This document shows positions 22,801 to 32,164 of a DNA stretch of 64,000 nt, piece after piece. The DNA is taken from contig OZ024741.1 of the NCBI GenBank assembly GCA_964016885.1, forward strand, positions 218,178,001 through 218,242,000. Direction: 5' to 3'. The notes beneath the pieces were generated by a model. That model did no database searches. It was not told where the DNA came from and worked only from the letters and a program-made list of their open reading frames with translations. The DNA is from Eledone cirrhosa (taxonomy: Eukaryota). Position 1 is the first letter of the stretch; each line of letters begins with the position of its first letter. A program made the translations under genes and the position numbers.

Positions 22801-25800
22801 TTTTGTAGGGAAATAGATAGGTCTAGCATAGGCTGTCCACAATTCAAGATAGTCAGCTACACGGACCACAAATTCGTGATCTGTGTGCTTGACTTAGATA
22901 GGCTTCATAGACGAGGACCCGGCTACTGGAAGCTAAACGCGTCCTTACCAGCGCGCAAGGCCTACAGAGAGCGGATTAGCGAACTAGTTAAGCGGCCGTT
23001 GACGGGGGCCATCGTCAACAACAAGTGGTGGTTTGCTCTGAAAAGAGCGATTAGAATAAAATTCATTAGGTTTAGTAAGGCTTTAGCAATAAAGAAAAAT
23101 AGAGCAGAGGGAGAACTAGTTAGAAAATTAGACGAGGCGCTTAGCAAAGGCATCGCGACCGACGTGCTTACGGCGAAATTGGCCCTTGACCAATTCTTCA
23201 ATGCAAAGCACGAAGGCTGCGTTGTCAGAGCTAGGGTGCGTGCTCTCAGACACGAGGGGACGAAAGCCGTTCAATGGGCCCGAGTGGCGGAGGCGCGTCG
23301 TGGAAACAAAGCCACGATCCGGTCTTTGGAGGACCACGACAGGCGCATGCTACTCGATCCCGGGCAAATGTGTGAAGCTTTTCAGCGACACTTCGCTCAG
23401 CTGTTCGGGGGCAGCGGTGGGCCGGGTCGAGGGATGGACTTTAGTGTCTACCTCGACGGACTGCCGCGGCTCTCGGCCACTGAGGCGGAGTGTTGCGAAA
23501 AGCCGATAACAGGCGCTGAAGTACGGGAGGCTGCACAAGGGGTAAATCGCCTGGTTTGGATGGTCTGCCTTATGAACTTTACGTACAGATGCCAGACTTG
23601 TTCGGAGGCCTCTTGGCGGACGTCTACTGAAACTGGCAACAGAATGGGAGTATTCCCAGCTCTGTGAGCCGAGGTGCGGTGGCACTGCTGAGAAAGGATC
23701 CGAACAAGGGGGAAAACATAGATAATTTCAGGCTCATAACTCTGCTAAACACAGAGTTCAAGATTTTGGCCAAGGTGCAAGCAAAGAGGTTGGCGCTTGT
23801 CGTTGGTGTCTGCGCCATTCCCGACAGATCCATCCACGACAACCTCCACCTCATGCGATACATCGTAGAGAGGGTAGCTAGGGAACCTGGCACGGGTGGG
23901 TCCTTGATCAATTTAGATCAGTCGAAAGCTTTCGATAGGGTCGACCATCGTTACCTAGCGGCAGTCCTGAGGGCGGCTGGCTTTGGGCCCGTCTTCAGAG
24001 GCTGGATCGCTGCCATGCACAGCGACATCTGCTCTGTGGTGAGAGTGAACGGTCACCTTTCGGAACCGTTCAACATCATGCGCTCGGTCCGCCAAGGATG
24101 TCCCCTCTCGTTCATCTTGTACGTATTGACTCTCGAGCCATTACTGCACAAACTGGAGACGTTGAGGGGGGTCCCGCGCGAACTAGGATGCGGAAGTTCC
24201 GTGTCAGCATATTCGGACGATGTCACCGTAGTGGTGTCGAACGCCAAACACATCGAGGCGATCGGCACTACACTAAGAGAATACGAAGCGGTGACAGGAG
24301 CAATGATCAACCAGGAAAAGTCAGTGGGCCTGCAGCTCAGCACCTGGAGAGGCAGGTCCATGCCGTCCAACAGCGTCGTCGGGCGCTGGACGGACGGACC
24401 GGTTAAATTGCTTGGGGTCTGGTTCGGTCCGGAACTCCAGACGGACAAAAACTGGGACGAGGTGACGAGCAGAGTGGCTTCTCTCACCCAGAAATGGGCC
24501 GAGAGGAAGCTATCCCTGAAAGGTCGAGCGGAGGTGGCTAACGCGTACATCTCGTCCGTCATCTACTACCGCCTGACCGTCGTACCTTGTCCTAAGCCCC
24601 GCCTGACTGCGCTGGAGCGTTTGCTCTTTCGCTTCTTGTGGAAGGGACGCGCTCCGATGGTCAGGCGGTCCATCTGCTGTCAACACCCGCTACGTGGAGG
24701 ACTGGGCATGCCGTGGCTGATGATGCGCAGACACGCGCTCAGGCTACAACATCTCCACCTCTTCCTCGACGGTGATCAGGTGTGGTCGCCGTTTGCTAGA
24801 CACGTTTTTCCCCAGCTCGTCTCCTTGACGGAGCTGCAGTCCTGGGTCAAGCGAAGACCGAGAGGGAGCGCTTAGAGACTGGAATGTCTTCAGGCACTCA
24901 CAGCCCTCGACCAATCGGGCAATGTGATCGGTGGAAACTCCACCTTGGCGTTCTATAGGGGATTAGTGGAGGGTAAGAGCGACGACATACTTAGAGAAAC
25001 TCTAGGCGTCGACGAAAATCAACTAGCCAATCTCTTCGGAAGGACTTTCGGGCCGGGGCCTATGGACAACTTCCAGAAATCCCTGGCCTGGCAGTGCTAC
25101 CGGGGTGCTTTGCCAGTTCGGGATAAACTCTACAGGCATGGAGGTGCCGTCAGCTGGGCATGTCAGAGATGCGCACAGGGCGACGAAACCGTTCTGCACG
25201 CACTCGTCCAGTGTCCGAGCATTGCTGACTTGTGGGTTTATGTCGAACACCTGCTGTCACGTGTAGGACGGATTCAGCTATCAGCTGAGTCCATCGTGAG
25301 GATTACCCCGCCCTCTTCCTTTAGCCGGGAAGGGCAGGCAGTTTTTATCTGTCTGGTGGCCATGGCGAAAGAGATAGTATGGTGGACACGTTTGAAAGGG
25401 CTGAAGACGAGCACTTACCTCTTCGGTGATGCCCTGATTAACTTTTTCAAATTTCATTTGAAAAGGAAAATCAGGGTAGAGAGGGAAGTGCTCTCTTCCC
25501 AGCATTTTGTTGAAAGATGGGTGAGAGAAGCAAGTATGGCCCGAATGAATGGGCCTTCTCTGAGTATGTGTCTGTAAATTAAAGGTGGAAAACTGGGAGA
25601 GGGCACTTGACCTGGTGGTCAGGGTCACTGTGGTCTTTTAATGGGCTTTCTCCACAAATGTCCCTCGGAAGTCTCCCCCCTATTGGGGAATTTTTCTTTG
25701 TTATTTTATTACATCCTCTGTTTTTTACACGCAGAAATGCCCATTTGTACCGTCCTGTATTGTCCTGTACTGTCCTTAATGTCTACTTTATGTAAACCCT

Positions 25801-25818
25801 TGTGGTCAATAAAGAAAA

Positions 25819-25855
<37 letters not shown>
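19804..25855 (+). mobile_element. Tx1/L1-clade element, copy C (full length, disabled)
   Basis: Begins immediately after the (ATT)n tail of B; ORF1 about 20019-22154, ORF2 22190-25577 fragmented; ends AATAAA..(ATT)n. Confidence 0.95.
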
Positions 25856-26070
25856 GAATGCCATGGTTGACGGAGGCTCGGCTCTGTAAGGTATAGTAAT
25901 TTTTAACCGTTAAAACAATTGTAAATTGTTTAAAACTTGAACCAAATTGTTGATAAAGACACCCTCCTCCTCGTGAGAGGGGTCTTTCTGTCCGTTATTT
26001 GGCCCTTCGGGGTTAAATAATCAGTTATTGGGGTTTTGTACCCAAAATTTCATTTTAAACAAAAAACAAC

Positions 26071-28167
26071 ATGGCTACGAAAAAGAAATTTCATACGTCA
26101 CTCCCACTCATTCCGTCTTCTTCTTCCTCAATCATCACTACAGCAGAGAGAAGATTGTCTCTCTCCCTCCCTTCTTTAAATGTATCTCTCTCCCTCCCTT
26201 CTCTTTCGCAAGTGACGAAAGAAAAGAAAAGTCTCGTGCAAAGCGTGCAAGGTTTCTCCACGACGACGACGACAGCGACGAAACAGGTGTGCGGGAAATA
26301 CGAAAACCCAGTTCATTCGTCTGACGTCAGGAATAATAGCAGTAGCAGCCGTAATAACAACAGCAACAGTGACAATGAAAACAACAGTAGCAGCCGCAAC
26401 AGCATCACCAGCAGCATAAACAACAACAGCATTAGCAGCAGCAACACCAACAACAACCACAGCAACAGCGGCGGAGGCAGTAGTCGTAGTACCTGCAGCA
26501 ACAACAAAAGTACCAGCAGCTCTGACGACAACAACAACAGCAGAGAAAAACCAATCTCATTTGCAGGTATTGCGAAAAACTTGGAAACAATCCTCATAAC
26601 AAATGAGGAATTAGAGGAAGCGAAGAAGATGGTGACAAAGAACGGACACCGAGCAATCTGCAAGGCAGCGAAAAATTTTTTCGAAACCCAAGAGCACTGT
26701 ACGGTCACGTACCGTACAGTAAGTACAAAATCCCGTAGGGTGGAAAGAGCCACAGAGGCCCAAATACAAAAAGCCTTGGGGTCTGTGTGGCAGAGGAAAA
26801 CGCACATCACCCGAGGCAAAAAATACGCCACCGTAGACGTACTTTTTGCCACACCCCAGGAGGCAAAGGCCCAATCAGTAGTGACCCTAAGGAGCGAGGA
26901 AATGGTGTTGGTGCCCTCCTACTGCGGGCAAAAAATTGTGAGGGTCAAACTGACCCACGTCCCCCCCGGAATGACCCCTTCTTGGCTGGCCGCGTCTGTC
27001 CTCGTCGGAATCGAGGACAAAACAACTGTACTGCAAGTACAGAAAAAAGTAAGAGAAGATTGGGTCGGCTCCTCCATTGAGATGCTAATCCAAACCAACC
27101 AGGAGTGCATCGAAGCTATCCCGGATGTGATAGACTTCGATAACGGCACTCAACTGCCCATAAGTGTTGAGGGCAAACGCCCGAAATGCTTTCGCTGTGG
27201 ATCGAAGACTCACCTCAGGGCCTTCTGCAACGAGAAGACCCTGAGAAAGGAGAAAACCCCCCTCCTTCCGAATCCGGCTCCACGGCTACCAGCAACAGGA
27301 CAAGCGGCAACCAGGAACGATAGGTCCGTGGCACCCATACCCACTCCACGGAAATCAAAGACAGCAGCAGCAGTGGAAATATTAACAACAACAACAGCAA
27401 TACCAAATGCAGCTGCAACAGAGACTCCAGTGCAAACATCACCAACAACAACAAGTGAAAGAGTGGAGCTGGTACCCCTCCCCGACCTTACAGAATCAGA
27501 CATGGAGTGTGAGGTGGGAGAGGGATGGCAAAAGGTCGCAAGAAGGCACAAACGCAGAAGCAGCGCATCGTCGCCTTTGAAAAGGGAGGAAAGAAATGAG
27601 AAAAGGGTAAAGTCTACTGCAAAGAGACCCACAGCAGCAACACCACCAACACCATCACCACCCACACCAGCACCACCATCACCACCGGCGACAACCCCAC
27701 CGCCAACAACACCTTCAACACCACCACCACAAGCACCAACATCGCAAACACAACAACAAAACACACACACCCAGCAACAACGACAAGAAAATAGCAGAAC
27801 CACACCCCACCCCCAGAAAAACAAATGCACGGCAATAAACACACACAACAAGAAACGAATGACTTACATAATTGAACACACAGACATTTCACAACAGGAC
27901 TACATAATACCAGCACCAATCAAAACGCCAACTAACATAAGACTGCTAAAAATAGCACAGAAACAATACACAAACATTAAAACGAAATTCCCCAACGCAG
28001 TTGGTGATTTCAGGGACCTAGGAGGAACCATCAATCGAAGAGTATATTCAGACATTCTCTTAGAAGACCCGACGACCAGCCGAAGGGACGATTCAACGGT
28101 CCCTTCACCAGACGATCAAGTGAAAAGGGATGTAAAAACCATCCCTCCTCTACCAAAAGTACGGTAA
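26071..28167 (+). CDS. ORF1p, gag-like nucleic-acid-binding protein (698 aa)
   Basis: Open frame; N/S-rich N-terminus, central folded domain, CFRCGSKTHLRAFC (Cx2Cx4Hx4C), P/T-rich linker, basic RRHKRR. Confidence 0.9.
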   Translation: MATKKKFHTSLPLIPSSSSSIITTAERRLSLSLPSLNVSLSLPSLSQVTKEKKSLVQSVQGFSTTTTTATKQVCGKYENPVHSSDVRNNSSSSRNNNSNSDNENNSSSRNSITSSINNNSISSSNTNNNHSNSGGGSSRSTCSNNKSTSSSDDNNNSREKPISFAGIAKNLETILITNEELEEAKKMVTKNGHRAICKAAKNFFETQEHCTVTYRTVSTKSRRVERATEAQIQKALGSVWQRKTHITRGKKYATVDVLFATPQEAKAQSVVTLRSEEMVLVPSYCGQKIVRVKLTHVPPGMTPSWLAASVLVGIEDKTTVLQVQKKVREDWVGSSIEMLIQTNQECIEAIPDVIDFDNGTQLPISVEGKRPKCFRCGSKTHLRAFCNEKTLRKEKTPLLPNPAPRLPATGQAATRNDRSVAPIPTPRKSKTAAAVEILTTTTAIPNAAATETPVQTSPTTTSERVELVPLPDLTESDMECEVGEGWQKVARRHKRRSSASSPLKREERNEKRVKSTAKRPTAATPPTPSPPTPAPPSPPATTPPPTTPSTPPPQAPTSQTQQQNTHTQQQRQENSRTTPHPQKNKCTAINTHNKKRMTYIIEHTDISQQDYIIPAPIKTPTNIRLLKIAQKQYTNIKTKFPNAVGDFRDLGGTINRRVYSDILLEDPTTSRRDDSTVPSPDDQVKRDVKTIPPLPKVR

Positions 28168-28202
28168 GTGGTCTTTCCCATCTTTTCCACTCTATTTTAA
28201 AC

Positions 28203-31200
28203 ATGACCTCACTCAGAATAGGCAGCATAAATGCGCGTGGCTTGGGGTCGTCATGGAAGCAGGGTCACCTGCTCAACGACCTCAGGACACTAAACATAGA
28301 TGTAGTGGCCATCAGCGAGACCAGAATCTCCGAGGCACGGGCCTTCGCACCGATCTTCGGCGGCTACGATGTGTACGCATCTCCCAGCCGTCCTGGATCG
28401 GGTGGAGGAGTTGCTGTGCTTTTTCGGAGAGGTTTGGATCTCGCCATACGGGCCATCTTTCTGGACCCAGAGGGAAAGCTGGTGGTGCTGGACGTGACCA
28501 GCGGAGACGGGCAAGCTTTCAGGCTAGTGGCCGTCTATGCCCCGACAGGAGCAGGGCGGCCTGATTTCTTCCGGCGTCTGGAGACGTCCCGCTCTTTAGT
28601 GTTAGTGGGCGACTGGAACGGGATCTTAGATGCACGCTGGGACTGTGTGGGATTAGCGGATAGGGGTGGAGGGTGCAAGAGCCTCACCAACCTGCTCAGG
28701 CGTTTTGAACTGTCTGACAGGTACCGATTGGATTTCCCGAATGTGCCAATGTGGACTTGGACAAACCGCATAGGGTCATCCAGATCATATCTAGATAGAG
28801 TATTTTGTAGGGAAATAGATAGGTCTAGCATAGGCTGTCCACAATTCAAGATAGTCAGCTACACGGACCACAAATTCGTGACCTGTGTGCTTGACTTAGA
28901 TAGGCTTCATAGACGAGGACCCGGCTACTGGAAGCTAAACGCGTCCTTACCAGCGCGCAAGGCCTACAGAGACCGGATTAGCGAACTAGTTAAGCGGGCG
29001 TTGACGGGGGCCATCGTCAACAACAAGTGGTGGTTTGCTCTGAAAAGAGCGATTAGAATAGAATCGATTAGGTTTAGTAAGGCTTTAGCAATAGAGAAAA
29101 ATAGAGCAGAGGGAGAACTAGTTAAAAAATTAGACGAGGCGCTTAGCAAAGGCATTGCGACCGACGTGCTTGCGGCGAAATTGGCCCTTGACCAATTCTT
29201 CAATGCAAAGCACGAAGGCTGCGTTGTCAGAGCTAGGGTGCGTGCTCTCAGACACGAGGGGACGAAAGCCGTTCAATGGGCCCGAGTGGCGGAGGCGCGT
29301 CGTGGCAACAAAGCCACGATCCGGTCTTTGGTGGACCACGACGGGCGCATGCTACTCGATCCCGGGCAAATGTGTGAAGCTTTTCAGCGACACTTCGCTC
29401 AGCTGTTCGGGGGAAGCGGGGGGCCGGGTAGAGGGATGGACTTTAGTGTCTACCTCGACGGACTGCCGCGGCTCTCGGCCACTGAGGCGAAGTGTTGCGA
29501 AAAGCCGATAACAGCCGCTGAAGTAAGGGAGGCAATGACTGGCTGCACAAGGGGTAAATCGCCTGGTTTGGATGGTCTGCCCTATGAACTTTACGTACAG
29601 ATGCCAGACTTGTTCGGAGGCCTCTTGGCGGACGTCTACTGCAACTGGCAACAGAACGGGAGAATTCCCAGTTCTGTGAGCCGAGGAGCGGTGGCACTGC
29701 TGAGAAAGGATCCGAACAAGGGGGATAACATAGACAATTTCCGGCCCATAACTCTGCTAAACACAGAGTTTAAGATTTTGGCCAAGGTGCTAGCAAAGAG
29801 GTTGGCGCTTGTCGTTGGTGGTCTGGTGGGAGAGGCGCAGACATGCGCCATTCCCGACAGATCCATCCACGACAACCTCCACCTCATGCGATACATCGTA
29901 GAGAGGGTAGCTAGGGAACCTGGCACGGGTGGGTCCTTGATCAGTTTAGATCAGTCGAAAGCTTTCGATAGGGTCGACCATCGTTACCTAGCGGCAGTCC
30001 TGAGGGCGGCTGGCTTTGGGCCCGTCTTCAGAGGCTGGATCGCTGCCATGCACAGCGACATCTGCTCTGTGGTGAGAGTGAACGGTCACCTGTCGGAACC
30101 GTTCAACATCATGCGCTCGGTCCGCCAAGGATGTCCCCTCTCGTCCCTCTTGTACGTATTGACTCTCGAGCCATTACTGCACAAACTGGAGACGTTGAGG
30201 GGAGTCCCGCGCGAACTAGGATGCGGAAGATCCGTGTCAGCATATGCGGACGATGTCACCGTAGTGGTGTCGAACGCCAAACACATCGAGGCGATCGGCA
30301 CTACACTAAGAGAATACGAAGCGGTGACAGGAGCAATGATCAACCAGGAAAAGTCAGTGGGCCTGCAGCTCGGCACCTGGAGAGGCAGGTCCATGCCGTC
30401 CAACAGCGTCGTCGGGCGCTGGACGGATGGACCGGTTAAATTGCTAGGGGTCTGGTTCGGTCCGGACCTGCAGACGGACAAAAACTGGGACGAGGTGACG
30501 AGCAGGGTGGCTTCTCTCACCCAGAAATGGGCGGAGAGGAAGCTATCCCTGAAAGGTCGAGCGGAGGTGGCTAACGCGTACATCGCGTCTGTCATCTGCT
30601 ACCGCCTAACCGTCGTACCTTGTCCTAAGCCTCGCCTGACTGCGCTGGAGCGTTTGCTCTTTCGCTTTTTGTGGAAGGGACGTGCTCCGATGGTCAGGCG
30701 GTCCATCTGTTGTCAACACCCGCTACGTGGAGGGCTGGGCATGCCGTGGCTGATGATGCGCAGGCACGCGCTCAGGCTACGACATCTCCACCTCTTCCTC
30801 GACGGTGATCAGGTGTGGTCGCCGTTTGCTAGACGCGTTTTTCCCCAGCTCGTTTCCTTGACGGAGCTGCAGTCCTGGGTCAAGCGAAGACCGAGAGGGA
30901 GCGCTTAGAGACTGGAATGTCTTCAGGCGCTCACAGCCCTCGACCAATCGGGCAATGTGATCGGTGGAAACTCCACCTCGGCGTTCTATAGAGGATTAGT
31001 GGAGGGGAAGAGCGACGACGTACTTGGGGAAACTCTAGGCGTCGACGAAAATCAACTAGCCAATCTCTTCGGAAGAACTTTCGGGCCAGGGCCTATGGAC
31101 AACTTCCAGAAATCTCTGGCCTGGCAGTGCTACCGAGGAGCCTTGCCAGTTCGGGATAAACTCTACAGGCATGGAGGTGCCGTCAGCCGGGCATGTCCGA

Positions 31201-31610
31201 GATGCGCGCAGGGCGACGAAACCGTCCTGCACGCACTCGTCCAGTGTCCGAAAATTGCTGACTTGTGGGTTTATGTCGAACACCTGCTGTCGCGTTTAGG
31301 ACGGATCCAGCTATCATCTGAGTCTATCGTGAGGATTGCCCCGCCCTCCTCCTTTAGCCGGGAAGGGCAGGCAGTTTTTATCTGTCTGGTGGCCATGGCG
31401 AAAGAGATAGTATGGTGGACACGTTTGAAAGGGCTGAAGACGAGCACTTACCTCTTCGGTGATGCTCTGATTGACTTTTTCAAATTTCATTTGAAAAGGA
31501 AAATCAGAGTAGAGAAGGAAGTGCTCTCTTCCCAGCATTTTGTTGAAAGATGGGTGAGAGAAGCAAGAATGGCCCGAGTGAATGGGCCGACTCTGAGTAT
31601 ATATCTGTAA
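28203..31610 (+). CDS. ORF2p APE endonuclease/reverse transcriptase/zf-RVT (1135 codons) with one in-frame TAG at 30906-30908
   Basis: ORFs 28203-30908 and 30957-31610 are in the same frame; a 12-nt in-frame deletion (FLGT) is present in the endonuclease relative to other copies. Confidence 0.9.
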
Positions 31611-31870
31611 ACTAAAGGTGGAAAACTGGGAGAGGGCACTTGCCTTGGTGGTCAGGGTCATTGTGGCTTTTTACTGGGCTTTCTCCACAAATGTCCCTCG
31701 GAAGTCTCCCCCCTATTGGGGAATTTTTCATTGTTATTTTCATTGTTATTTTTGTTACATCCTCTGTTTTTGTTTTTTTACACGCAGAAATGCCCATTTG
31801 TACCGTCCTGCATTGTCCTGCACTGTCCTTAATGTCTACTTTATGTAAACCCTTGTGGTTAATAAAGAAA

Positions 31871-31910
<40 letters not shown>

Positions 31911-31911
<1 letters not shown>

Positions 31912-32164
31912 ATAATTGTTTCTACCTTTTGGCACAAGGCCAGCAATTACCCAGTACATTACTGGCGGTAGATTGGAAGTATCGGTAGAGTGTCGGACGC
32001 TATGCTTTCCAGCATAGTTACGTCCCTTTACGATCTGAGTTCAAATCCCGCCGAGGTTGACTTTGCCTTTCATCCTTACGGGGTCGATAAAATAAAGTAC
32101 CAGTAATGCACTGGGTAATTGCTGACCTTGTGCCTAAAGTAGAAACAATTATTATTATTATTAT
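31911..32164 (+). mobile_element. SINE (31966-32164) preceded by an inverted copy of a SINE 3' end (31911-31965)
   Basis: gagttcaaatcc B box, same core and tail as the 13776 SINE; 31911-31965 is the reverse complement of ccagtaatg..ggccttgtgcc..agaaacaattatt. Confidence 0.85.

Larger units (their letters stand above)
25856..31910 (+). mobile_element. Tx1/L1-clade element, copy D (full length, nearly intact)
   Basis: Begins immediately after the (ATT)n tail of C; intact ORF1; ORF2 interrupted by a single TAG. Confidence 0.97.
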
